From Octopus sinensis (taxonomy: Eukaryota), in the NCBI RefSeq assembly GCF_006345805.1, contig NC_042998.1:139996001-140060000 (forward strand): a DNA stretch of 64,000 nt, given 5' to 3'. This document shows, piece by piece, positions 50,860 to 63,622 of the stretch. How positions within the stretch are numbered: the first letter of the stretch is position 1; each line of letters opens with the position of its first letter. The notes under the pieces were generated by a model. It was not told where the DNA came from, ran no database searches, and saw only the letters and a list, made by a program, of their open reading frames with translations. The position numbers and the translations under genes were made by a program.

Positions 50860-51512
50860 GTGTGCTACTAGGACAGAAAAGCATATCCATGACTTCTAAA
50901 CTTGATGTATATCAATAGTGGGAGATATGGCTTACCTGGTGCTGGTTGTAGCATGGCTAAAGACTTCTAAGACTGATTGTAAGTCCAAATTCACCACACA
51001 CAGTTGAAAAGACCCCATGAGGAGTCCCTGGCCTTCCTCACTGTGGATCATGAGACAGGAATCATCAGAATAAAGGAGATCATGAATGAGAGTCATGAAA
51101 ATTTTTGTTACTACAGTAAAGCAACAGATTTTGAAAAGCTTCCTTCTTGTACAGTAACAAATGTAGATACCAGTATTGCTGTGTGCTAAGTGTTAAGCTC
51201 ACAAGGTAACAATAGCATTGTAGGGACCAGGATATCACCCAGTTTAATAACAGATTCATCTGAGATGGGTTCTAGTAGTTCAACCATCAGTACAAAGCGA
51301 TGTTTTCATGTTATTAAGAAATAAAATGATCCCTGTGGACATATCTGTACACCCCAGTTTGCTAAGATCAGTGAAACACTGATGCAGATCAATACAGTTG
51401 TTCTCTGCACTTCTCATTAACCTCGGATAGTAAAGAGCACATCAGTTGTGCCTCGATTTGACAGAAAGCCACATTGTGACTCAGGAAGAAGGCCAGGTAC
51501 AACATCGTCCAG
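50860..51512 (-). mobile_element. Highly degraded RTE-BovB-like LINE RT fragment
   Basis: LLPESQCGFLSNRGTTDVLFTIR..EKCREQ..FTDLSK and a VIKLGDILVPT remnant of the GVKQGCVLAPT motif. Confidence 0.7.
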
Positions 51513-51774
51513 CAACACACACACACACACACACATTACATAGTATTCTTTTATTATTTTGCTTGTTTCAGTCATTTGACTGTAGCCAAGCAGGAGCACC
51601 ACCTTGGGGGCTTTTTTAGTGAAAGAAATCACCCCCAGGACTTATTTTTTGTTAGCTTACTACTTATTCTGTTGGTCCCTTTGGCCAGAGCGCTAAATCA
51701 CTTGGATGTAAACACACTAACACTGGTTGTCAAGTGATAGGGAGGGTGGACAAACACAGAGACACACAAATACA

Positions 51775-51851
<77 letters not shown>

Positions 51852-52340
51852 GCACACACACAATGGGCTTCTTTCAGTTTCTGTCTACAACATCCACTCA
51901 CAAGGCTTTGGTTGGCCTGAACCTATAATAGAAAACACCTGCCCAAGGTGCCACACACCTAACCTAGAACCACATGGTTGGGAAGCAAGCTTCTTACCAC
52001 ACAGCCAAATTCACTCACAGGGCATCGGTTGGCCTAGGGTTAAAGTAGAAGAGTAAAGTAATACTTGTAAAATTTGTGAAATTTTACTTCACTCAAGTAA
52101 AATTTTTCAAATATTTTACCCCTATCTTGTTAATTGTAAATTGAAAAGACTGAATTTGACTCAAAACCTCCACCTAAATATGTGTCACTGCATACAAACT
52201 CCCTTTACAAATTAAAAAATGAGATGTTTAAACATATTTTCATCAGTGATTGACTTATTTACAGGAATGTCATAGAGATGAGAGTGAAGAAGAGTTTCCC
52301 ACTATTACTAGCATGATAAGCAACCACATACAGCTAGTTT

Positions 52341-52382
<42 letters not shown>

Positions 52383-52783
52383 TGCACATTTTACTTATTT
52401 CAGTCATTGGACTGTGGCCATAGTGGGGCACTGCCTTGAGATTTTAGTTAAACAAACTGGCCCCAGTGGTGATTTTTTTAAAGCCTGGTATTCATTGTAT
52501 TGGGCTCTTTTGTCGAACCACTAGGTTATGGGAATATAAACAAACCAGTACTTGTTGTTAAGCAGTGGGAGTACAGACACAAACACAAACCACACACACA
52601 CACACATACATACACACAACAAGCTTCTTTCAGTTTCCATCTACCAAATCCACTCATATCATTCTTAAACTACTTAACTGCTGTTATTTGCGTGTGTGGT
52701 TGTGTGTGTACAATGTATATCTGTATATATGTATGTGTGTGTGTGTGTGTATATATATAATGTATGTGTGTCATATTTCTATA

Positions 52784-52867
<84 letters not shown>

Positions 52868-52869
52868 TA

Positions 52870-52901
<32 letters not shown>

Positions 52902-55129
52902 TATTTCTATATATTGAGGATATGGTTGTGGAAAAGAGACACATGACATCTGCGACAACTGAAACCATTGAAAATAAAATAAAATGTTGAGTGAAAACAG
53001 TTCCAAATACATTTTCTGAGACATTTTCTTAATGATTCAGAAACCTATTCCTCTCTCGCTCAGCCGCCCCCTATCCATCCCCAGCACCCGACCCCCCCTC
53101 CTGTCTTTCTCTTAAACAAAGTCAAAGGACAGACTTAGAAAGAATAGGAATTTGTATTGTGCCAAGATATTGATATTTCAGCAATAGAAAAATGTTCACA
53201 GTCGTACAAGAGATATGTTGTTATAAGTGGGTAGTTTTTTTTGTTATGGTTTTGTTTTTGTCTTTTGGTGTTTGTGTTTTTGACCACCAAGCTACCCATT
53301 AGATTATAATGTTATGTAGTTTGTCATGATAATCATTATTATGCTAGCTCAGCAAGATGGATTGGTTGCCATAGTTACTGGTTAATCCTGTCAATTTTAT
53401 TCAGATAATGTTTCGAGTGTTTTTTTTTTTTTGGTTTTTGGTTTTTTTGTTAAAATTTCTCATTTTGTGAGAGAGTTGCTGTTCGTTGAAAAGTAATACA
53501 TTAAGCACAGGTATATTCTATACCTTTTGTCATAAGATCAACAACTGTGGAAATGTGTACAGTAATTATAAATTGTAGAGTGGAGAGAGAGAGAGAGAGA
53601 AATATATATGTGTGTGTGGATGTGTGTATACATATATGTAGTCTTAATTCAAGACATTTCTGCAATCTGAAAATTAGAAGTTGTATTAATTGGAATAAAA
53701 GAATTCCTCCTCCTCCTCCTCCTCTTACCCTCCTTCACTGCCATTTGTCACTCTGTCATTCTCTCTCACCAGAAATGACTTTTAGCATTGAAACAGCTTA
53801 AGAGTGCATAATAAATAAACTGGCATGAAGAAGAGAAGAAAGTAGTGGTAGCTTATATAACCTTCGACAGCCATCATGTAGCATTGGTAGTAATTAATGT
53901 GGGTAGAATTTGGTGAAAAGAATTGGAATCACAGAAAAAAAAAAAGAAAAACAAATTTTTTTTTTATTTTTTTAAAAACCAGAAAATGCAGCCCTTTCAA
54001 TTGAAAAGAAGTATTTCTATATTAAATTATATACTTGGCAGATGGCAAAGGGAGGAGGGGAGGGGAGGAACCGGTGGTGGCGGTGGTGGTGGTAGTGGCG
54101 GTGGCGAATGTATCACAATCAAAGATTTTACAAGGTGTATGTGACAACATCCATTTGGTGAGACATGTATTATGTGAGTTGAGTTCTGTTTCTTTAAGGG
54201 GCTGTCAGGTTTATTATGCCTGATGAATTGATTCTATTAGTTCAGAGGTACTTAGAAACTATTTAAGAATTAGACTATAGTGTCTGTTTTAATTCTTTAT
54301 CATTTTGTTGTTTTTTTGTGGTTTAATATTCCTGGCATGGAACTAACTGTGAGAAGAACCATAAAAAGGATAACACAGAGAGACACAGGGTCACACCATT
54401 CGTAGGAGAGGTTGGGAAGGTGAAAGTGGGTGAGTAAAGTGTAGCATTGGAAAGAAACACGGGACACTAAGCTAAAAGAATTTAGTATAGGTATGAACTA
54501 AGGCACTTGTGAACGTGACAGGAGGAATGAACAGACAGAAGAAAGTGACAATTCAGAAATTAGCAATTTGCAATGGGGAAACGGAAAGCTAGAAATGAAA
54601 AAATAACAAAACTGAAAAATGGTGAAGAGCTGAAGCAGTGTGAAAGGGTGAGGTTTTAATAGATTATACAAGCTGTGAGGAGACTCTTGGAAATTGTCGT
54701 TTAAAATTCCAGAAAGTCTTTCAGAAATTTTAAAATTTGCCTGAGATATACCAGTACATAAAAGGATAGGTGAGGACCTCTTCAAGTACTTGGAGTATAT
54801 ATTTTAAATAAACTCCCTTTTCTAGGAAACATTTTTCTAGAAAACGTTTTCTCACACTCGGAATTATCATAGCAGGCTAATAACTGTGTCAGTTATTAGC
54901 AGTCAAAGACACTGCATTCTTCAAAAGTTCCAATCTTCATAAAATTCACCAGCATTATTTCTGATGAGCCTGAGCACCCTTTTCTTTTTATGATTCTTTT
55001 ATTGTTCACTTTTCTATCTTTTTATGTTTTGTCTTGTGTATTGAGCATGCACTTTTGGTTTTCATTTTTGTCTTTATTTGACTTACTGCTGCTTCCTAAA
55101 TTCTCAGCATACTTGAATGCTACATAAAA

Positions 55130-55777
55130 TAAGATCAGGTGGTGAGCTAACAGAATCATTAACACATTGGACAAAATGCTTAGCAATATTTCTTCTCCTC
55201 TTTACGCATTGAGTCCAAATTATGCTGCAGTGAACTCTGCCCTTACTATTACTACTACTACTATTATTATTATTATTATTATTATTGCGGCGAGCTGGTA
55301 GAATTGTTACCACGCCAAGCAAAATGCTTACTGGCATTTTGTCCATTTTAACGTTCTGAGCTCAAATTCCAATGAAGTTGACTTTGCCTTTCATCCTTTT
55401 GGGGTCGATAAATTAAGTACCAGTGAAACACTGGGGTCGATGTAATCGTCTGTTGACTGCCTTGAAATTTCAGGCCTTGTGCCTGTAGTAGAAAGGATTA
55501 ATATTATTATTAAGGCAGTGAGCTAGCAGAATCATTAGCACACTGGGCAAAATGCATGGTAGCATTTCATCTATCTTTACATTCTGACTTCAAATTCCAC
55601 CACTCACCTTAAATTTTGTGGGAGGGGACTAGTCAATTGCATCAACCCCAGTATTTCGACCCTGAAAGGATGGAAGGCAAGGTCAACCATGGCAGAATTT
55701 GAACTCAGAATGTTAAAACAGATGAAACACTGCTAAGTATTTTGTTCAGTGTCCTAACGATTCAGCCAGCTTGCCAC

Positions 55778-55828
<51 letters not shown>

Positions 55829-57000
55829 CTTTCTAGAACAGACACGAGGCCTGAAATTTTGTGAAAGGAGGCTAGACTTGATTGGTACTTATTTTATTGA
55901 CCCCCAGAAGACAAAAAGCAAAGTTGCCCTCTGCAGGTTTTGAACTTAGATCATAAAGACAGACAAGATATGCTAACAATTCTGCCAGCTCACCACCTTA
56001 ATAATAATGGTAATGATGACACTGGTAGATTCTCCCATCAAAGATAATGTATGAATGTTCAGTTTTTTGCCAAACGACCTGCACAGAGGATTTGTTCATG
56101 TGCTTTACATTAGTTCCCTCCCTCCCTCCATCAAATCGATATTGCATGAACAGGTACTTGTACCACACATTAGGTGTCGAAGTGATTGCAGAGCAACATG
56201 AAATAAAGTGTTTTGCTCAAGAACACAATGCACCACCCAGTCTAGGAATTGAAACCATGATCTCATAATCGTGAGTGGAACACCCTAACCACTAGGCCAT
56301 GTGCCCTCACTACTACTACTACTACTACTAATAATAATAATAATAATAATAATAATAGTTATAATAATAATAATTCTTTCTGCTAAAGGCACAAGGCATG
56401 AATTTTTGAGGGGAGAGGGCTAGTAGATGTCACTGATCCCTGTGCTCTATTGGTACATTTTTATCACTCTGAAAGGATGAAAGGCAATGTCAACCTTGGC
56501 AGAACTTGAACTTATAACATAAAGACAGACAAAATGTCACTAAGCATTTTCTCTACTGCAGTAACAATTCTGCCACCTTGCCACCTTCATGATAATAATT
56601 ATCCTTTCTACTATAAGCACTAGGCCTGAAATTGGTGGTGGCGGGGATTAGTTGATTGCATTGACTCCAGTGTTTCACTGGTACTTAATTTATTGACCTT
56701 GAAAGGATGAAAGGCAAAGTTGACCTCAGCAGAATTTGAACTCAGAATGAAGCAATGGGCAAAATACCTATTTCTTTACTACCCACAAGGGGCTAAACAA
56801 AGAGGGCACAAACAAGAACAGACAAACAGATTAAGTTGACTATATCGACCCCAGTGCGTAACTAGTCCTTAATTTATCAACCCCGAAAGGATGAAAGGCT
56901 AAGTCGACCTTGGCGGAATTTGAACTCAGAACATAGCGGCAGACAAAATACCGCTAACCATTTCGCTTGGCATGCTAACAATTCTGCCAGCTCACTGCCT
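55130..57000. mobile_element. Cluster of about 8-9 SINE A copies, plus-strand then minus-strand, with a SINE D fragment
   Basis: Plus copies 55135-55600, minus copies 55600-57000, interspersed (TAA)n/(TAC)n. Confidence 0.8.
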
Positions 57001-57277
57001 TAATAACAATGAGTATTCATTTTTTTTGTTTTTTCTTCCTATCTCCTCCTCCCTTTTTTTTCTATCACATGACTTTGTAAATGAACAATCTGGTGTCTTT
57101 ATTTTAATGGCTTACCAATGTATACAGTGAGCTTCTTTGTCCTAGGTGTCAGGAAGACACTTAGCAAGAAATAGAAGCGAAACTGAAAAAGAGGATAATG
57201 ATAATAATGATGATAATAATATAAATATAAGAAAACAAATGATGTCAGTGTAATAATGAGAATAATATTCTTTGTAG

Positions 57278-57413
57278 AGACAAAGAAAGTGAACTAGTAG
57301 AATTGAAAAAAAAATTCATGGAGCAGAGCAAACAGACTGAAAAATATGTGGAGCAGCTAAAGAAGGAATTTGATACAGACAGAAACAAACTCTTTAATGA
57401 AATGAATTCACAG
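57278..57413 (+). CDS. CEP112: CEP112-like exon j (RDKESELVELKKKFMEQSKQTEKYVEQLKKEFDTDRNKLFNEMNSQ)
   Basis: tctttgtag acceptor, GTAAC donor, 136 nt, phase 2/0. Confidence 0.88.
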
Positions 57414-57528
57414 GTAACCAGCTGTAAATTTTGTTTTAACAGTGATTACAACTATTTTAAAGTATAAAGCGGTAGATATTTGGTTGTTCTAAAGTGCTTA
57501 ATAATGTTTGTTTTTGTTGGTGTTATAG

Positions 57529-57636
57529 ATTATAGAGACAGAAAACAAACTTCAACATTCAAAACAGCTGCTTGAGAAACAAACGCAAGAATTCACCAAA
57601 AGTATGGAAGAGACAAAATCAAAATATATCTCTGAG
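57529..57636 (+). CDS. CEP112: CEP112-like exon k (IIETENKLQHSKQLLEKQTQEFTKSMEETKSKYISE)
   Basis: 115-nt preceding intron, tgttatag acceptor, GTAAA donor, 108 nt, phase 0/0; resembles human ..SKSLREKQSKEF.. Confidence 0.9.
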
Positions 57637-58431
57637 GTAAATGGTATGTTTATTATATGGAGAGTCATTTTAGGAGCAGGAGTGACTGTCATCATCATCA
57701 TCATAATTTTCCATGCTGGCATGGGTTGGATGGTTTGACTGGAGCTGGTAAGAGCAGGAGACCACACCAGGCTCCATTGTCTGTTCTGACATGGTTTCCA
57801 GTGTTGGAAGGGCATCCAGCTGTAAAAACCATGACGATGATGATGAGGATGATGATGATGATGCCTTTTATAATGCCAACCACTCCACAAGAATGTACTG
57901 GGTGCTTTTTATGTGGCACCAGCATCTGTATCAATTCTGCTGTGGCTAGTTGTGTGTGTGTGTCTGTGTGTTTATCTAGACTGAGTGAAGATGATGATAT
58001 GTTGGTGAGTTGGATAGATTTCCTCATGGTATTAGACCCAGTGGGGTGGAGTTAGTTAACTAAACTCCTGTACTTTCTTGATACCTTATTGACTCCAGAA
58101 AGATGAAAGGTAAAGTTGACTTTGGTAGGATTTGAACTCAAATCAGGTAAATAATGAAGATGAATGATATTTGCTTTCTATTATTAATTTATTGTAAGGC
58201 AGCAAGCTGGCAGAACTATTAGCATGTTGGTCAAAATGCTAAGCAGCATGTCATCTGTTTTAATGTGCTAAGTTCAAATTCCATTGAGGTCAACTTTGCC
58301 TTTTATCTTTACGGAGTTTATAAAATAAGTTCCAGTTGAACACTGATGTAATCGACCTACCCACACCCCTAAAATTGTTGGCTTTGTTCCAAACTTTGAA
58401 ATCATTATGAGTTTATTATTTTAATTCTCAG

Positions 58432-58614
58432 CTTTCAGAATTAAAGCACAAATCTGCAGAAGAAAATGCTAAATTGATTAAAGAACATGACTTAGAGAAG
58501 GAGAAGCAATCAAAACAAATTAACAAGCAGAAGGAAGAACTGCAATTAGTTTGGAAAAGCAAAGTTGAAGAAACTGAAAAATTATTGATTGACCAGAGGA
58601 ATATGTTTTCTAAG
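58432..58614 (+). CDS. CEP112: CEP112-like exon l (LSELKHKSAEENAKLIKEHDLEKEKQ...IDQRNMFSK)
   Basis: ttctcag acceptor, GTCTG donor, 183 nt, phase 0/0. Confidence 0.87.
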
Positions 58615-59089
58615 GTCTGTATAAACTCTTAAAATATAATCTACTGAAACTATGCGACTTTGGTAACGATTATTTCTTAATGGATTTGCCTTATTTCAGT
58701 ACAACTCTTATTAATTTATCCATCCATTTTCTATGCCCACTCTTTTTGGGAGAGTCATGGGCAATAGAGTCCTCAGGCATCTCTCCCGCAGAGTCCTTTC
58801 AGAAGCAACCATTATTAAATTTTCATTATCATCATCATTTAACGTCCGTTGTCCATGGTTGCATGTGTTGGGCAATATGACCAGAGCTGGCAAGCTGGGT
58901 AGTTGCACCAGACTCCAGTCTGATTTATCATGGTTTCTACAGCTGGATGCCCTTCCTAACACCAACCACATTACTGAGTATACTGAGTGATTTTATGTGG
59001 CTTGTACATGGCACTGCACTGGTGCTTTTACATGGCACCGCATGGGCACTTTTACGAGGCACCACCATGTGTGCTTTACGCCACCAGAA

Positions 59090-59640
59090 GGGTCAGTCTT
59101 AACACTATGGGTCTTCTTGAGTATGGCCAAGCACCCAGTATCTCAGTCCTTTCTGTCTTGATTCCCAAGCATGACCAACTGGGACAGGGTATTATCCAAT
59201 CATTTTGTTCTTGGTGTTCCCTTAAGTCTCCTGCCTGTTGGCTCAGCTTCAAGAATTCTTCCTGTGATTCTTTCCTGCAATATTCCGATCACATATCTGT
59301 AATACCAGGACCCTGATCTCAACAGGGGAAAATATCAGCCTCCAACCTACATACTGTGTTTAAGTAATGTTACTCCAGAGACACTTCAGAGGAACTCCAT
59401 TCCAGCTGTTTGTATCTGCAATTGTACTCTTTTCATCATCACCCGACATTTACTGAGGACAGGCATGGAAACTGAATTAAGGAGAGGAACAAGTTTGGTC
59501 TTTTTACCAACCTCTCTTCTTCTGTGGATCAAATGCAGGAACTGGCATTTAACTGTACCAGCATCTGCAATTCTAGCATCCAATTGAGCCTCCTACCTTC
59601 CATCACTTGTGAATACAGCCCCAGGATACTAATTCCTTGA
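59090..59640 (-). mobile_element. Degraded RTE (Expander/Rex3-like) LINE C-terminal fragment
   Basis: LDARIADAGTV..REVGKKTKL..IQTAGMEFL and PTGRRLKGTPRTK (PxGRRxRGRPRxRW-like). Confidence 0.7.
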
Positions 59641-61182
59641 CTATCTTTAATCCCTTACTCCATCATCATCATTTAGCATTAGTTTTCCATGCAGGCATGA
59701 GTTGGATGGTTTGACTGGAACTGGTTAAGCCAGAGAACTACACCAGGCTCTGGTCTCTTTTAGCTTGGTTTCTATGGCTGGATGCCCTTCCTAATGCCAA
59801 CCACTTCACAGAGTGTATGGGATGCCTTTCACATGGCACCCGCACTGGCCAGTCATTAGACCTCGACCTTGCTGGGGATTTTTTCAAACAAATTGCCCCC
59901 AGTACTTTGTTTTTTAAACCTGATACTTAATTGTATTGGTCTCTTTTGTTGACAAGAAGATCGAAGAAACACACATATATAAACACAATGGATTTCTTTT
60001 AGTTAAGAAAACAATTATGAAAAAATCTATTTTCATGTGATAGTATTGAGTAACTGAGGATTTTTGGGTTCCTATCTTGCATAGATAAATTTCAAATATT
60101 AATACACTTTCTGTTGCTGGGCTTATCCACAACTGATAAATCCAGAATGTGTGGTGGTGGTAGTGGGGAGGGGGCTTATTTCATATTAGGAGAAAATGCT
60201 TTCTTTAGATATGTGAGTTATTGATTTTCACAAACTGCAACATTGACTTTAATGAAATTAACTTGTTTACATGAAACTAATTTTGTACAACTAAATCTCT
60301 CTATTGTTTCTGTAACTTTTTTTGCAAAATGTGATTTTGTAGAAGAAATATTAAAATATTTGATAGATATCTCTTTATAATTCCAGCTGGAAAATATCGT
60401 AAATTTTCAGCATTGGGGTTGTTTGTTTCTTTCACATAAATTCTTTATTGGTGTTAACATATTCACATTATGTTTGGAGCGTAGGGTTGCTCATAAATAT
60501 TATGTTTAGTGCTATATGGTAAGCTACAAAGAATGTTTATAGAAACCTATATGAGGAGATATCTAGTTCTGAATATACAAGCTGGCTGTGTGGTTACAGA
60601 GTTTGCTTCAACAACCCTGTTGTTTCGAGTTTGATTTCATTTCATAACATTTTGGGCAAGTGTCTTCTACTTTTGCTCAAGGCTGACTATTGCTTTGGTA
60701 AGGGAATTGGTTGAGGAAAACTGTATGGAATGGAGTTTGTCATGTATATTATGTATACATAATATACACAACAAGCTTCCACAGTCATGAAGCTTACTTC
60801 CCAACCATGTGGCTTCAGGTTCAATTCTACTGTGTGGTACCTTGAGCAAATGTTTTCTACTATAGCCCCAGAACAATCAAATCCTTGTGATTAGATTTAG
60901 TAGATGGAAACTGAAAGAAGCCCATTGCATGTGTATATATGTATGTGTGTGTATATATGTATGTGTGTGTGTGTGTACTCTTGAAAAAAAGAAAAGAGAT
61001 ATAAGAAGGATGAAATGATGATGATGCAAGGGATATAGTTATATGTAGACTAATGATTATAAGGTTGAGGTTTTGATTCCTGCATCAGGTGATACAATCT
61101 GTGTCTTTGAGGCAAGGCACCTGATTTCAAAGTTCTCAAGTCTTCTTTGCTGAAAACATGTACCAGCCACGTACTGGTACAG

Positions 61183-61223
<41 letters not shown>

Positions 61224-61389
61224 CTCACTACATCTTCCGCCTTCCTGGATGACCTAATGGACCATGCATGAAGGAGCTGAGAGGTTATCTATGCTTGCTT
61301 GTGACTACATAAGTATCTAAGACAATTAATGGAAAAACAAAGTACATGCTGCCAAGTCATTCTCTCTCTCTTTCTCTCTCTCTCTCTCC

Positions 61390-61424
<35 letters not shown>

Positions 61425-62498
61425 ACTTATCATCATCACCACCACAACCTCCATGGGATGGACAGAGTTTAATGAGCCAGATTTCCTATGGCCAGAGCAT
61501 CCCTTCCTATCACCAACTAAGGTATCTATTTCTCCCTAGCCAGACTTACTCTCACAGAATATTGGAAATGAATGATACCGCTTATATGACAGTGACATTC
61601 ATTAACAACAATTACATGATATCAAGACAAAAGCATGCACAAATGCATACTTATATATATATATATATATATATACCAATACAATGTACATTGGTTTATG
61701 TCTTTTGTTGTAGTTTTAGTAAGGTTAGTGTTTAATCGTCCCCATATATTGATTGATTGAAATAACGTGATTATTAAGCTTTACTTTAATATTACACTAA
61801 GGAAGACGGTAGGGATTATAATTTTTTATGACTTAATAAAGTTCTGGTTTTTGTTATATATTTAGGAGGGGTTGTAATTTACTTATGGAATTTATTTATC
61901 GATATGGTTGTACATTGGGTAAATGTGTTTGATAGTTGTAGTTTCTTTGGTTTGTTTGTTCCCAAACAACACTTATTTTAGTGCTGTTGACACCACCGGA
62001 TTGAATGGTACTGCCTGGGTGTCGAAACCATAATGATATCCATGGGGCAGCTGATGATGGAGGTATGATGGATTGTTGGTATGGCTGTGGAATAGTATTA
62101 TAACACATCCTTTTGATATATATATATAGCTTACTTCCCCAAAACATGGTTCCAGGTTCAGTCCTACCATTTGGCACCTTGGGCAAGTGTCTTCTACTCT
62201 AGCTTCAGGCTGATCAAAGCTTTTTGAGTGGATTTGGTAGACGGAAACTGAAAGAAGTTTGTGTGTGTGGGTGTGTATGTGTGTGTGTTTGTGTCTGTGT
62301 TTTCCCCCATCACTTCATGACAACCAGTATTGGTTTATGTCCCCATAACTTAGCAGTTCAGCAAAAGAGAAGAATAGAATAAGTACTAGGCTTTAAAAAA
62401 ATAAGTCCTGGTGTCATTTTGTATGACTAAAACCCTTCAAGGCAGTGCTCCTGCATGACCACAGTCAAATGACCGAAAGAAGTAAAAGAATACATACA

Positions 62499-62530
<32 letters not shown>

Positions 62531-62643
62531 AATATATATATATAGAGAGAGAGAGTGTGTACATTTAAACACATAAGAGGTATCTGTCATAGGATTCCCC
62601 ACTTGCTAGAAGGAACAGCTAAAATCCAAACCACTTTAATTAT

Positions 62644-62683
<40 letters not shown>

Positions 62684-63229
62684 AGAGGGGGCTTCATTCA
62701 GGTTCCATCTACCAAGTTCACTAACAATGCCATTCAATGGAACTGAACTCAGAGTCATGTGGTTGGGATGGAAACTTCTAAACCACACAGCCATGCCTGT
62801 TCTGCATGCATGTATGTATGTATGTACATACACCTGTGTATGTGTGTGTGTGCATGTAAAAATTTCTAAAGCCTGCTTTTAGGTCCTATAGAAAATATAT
62901 ATTTAGGATATACAGAAACAGATAGCTCTGCTGACTCTGCTGGCGCTGAGTTTAGCACACAGCAAACAGACATGTAATCGGCATTAGCAGGATCTTGCAA
63001 TACTTTTAATCAAAACCAAAGTGATCCTGATCCACATGAAAGGCGAAATGTGGTTGTTATTTGTGAAGGTTTTATGCACTGAAATAGGATTAATGTCAGT
63101 TACAGAACCTTTCTAATACAGCAATATGTTGAAGACATATATGTTCAGTTATGAGGATCTTCGAGAAGAATGATGCCATTTGTTTGAATGCTGATTTATG
63201 GTTAAAACATTCTTGGCAAAAGATCTCTC

Positions 63230-63281
<52 letters not shown>

Positions 63282-63424
63282 TATATATATACACACATAG
63301 AGAGAGAGAGAGAGAAAGGGAGCAAGAGAGATAGATACACATACATATATATGTTTACTTATATATAGATACATACATATATACATATATTTATATGTAT
63401 GTATGTATGTATGTGTGTATGTAT

Positions 63425-63622
63425 GCTGAAAAGTTCCTGGCTTTGGGTAAAAAAGAATGCAGGAGGATAAGTTAATTATGATTTTATTCAACATATTCCC
63501 CTCTCAGATTCATACACTTATTGCAGTTGTCCTTTAGTTTCCCTAAGCTCTGTGAAAGAACTCAGAAGGTTGGGCCTACAACCAAGCCTTTCACAATACC
63601 TTTAAAGCCAAGAACTTTTCAC
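63425..63622. mobile_element. Mariner-type MITE
   Basis: TIRs GCTGAAAAGTTCCTGGCTTT / AAAGCCAAGAACTTTTCACC (2 mismatches in 20), non-coding interior. Confidence 0.7.

Larger units (their letters stand above)
2694..58614 (+). other. CEP112: CEP112/CCDC46-like centrosomal coiled-coil gene, partial (12 internal coding exons; 5' and 3' ends outside window)
   Basis: Twelve AG/GT-bounded exons with compatible phases splice into one stop-free 465-aa frame. Several segments match human CEP112 as I recall it, in the same order: MVEAKFHEEKL..KHD/ILDRKNAEIEELKT vs MEAKFHEEKL..KHD..ILERKNNEIEELKT; MIKDLEGRVQEL vs MIKELEARVQQL; QLKQKLQDTE vs QLKQQLQESE. Confidence 0.9.

Noticed and set aside
52266-52340. 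Acceptor-like ttatttacag followed by an acidic stretch (ECHRDESEEEF)
   Set aside because: Stop codon in the phase needed after exon i, and no donor; exons i and j already join in frame
63122-63154. Possible next exon after ctttctaatacag (QYVEDIYVQL*)
   Set aside because: The required phase-0 frame stops after 10 codons and there is no convincing CEP112 similarity; the next exon is probably beyond the window
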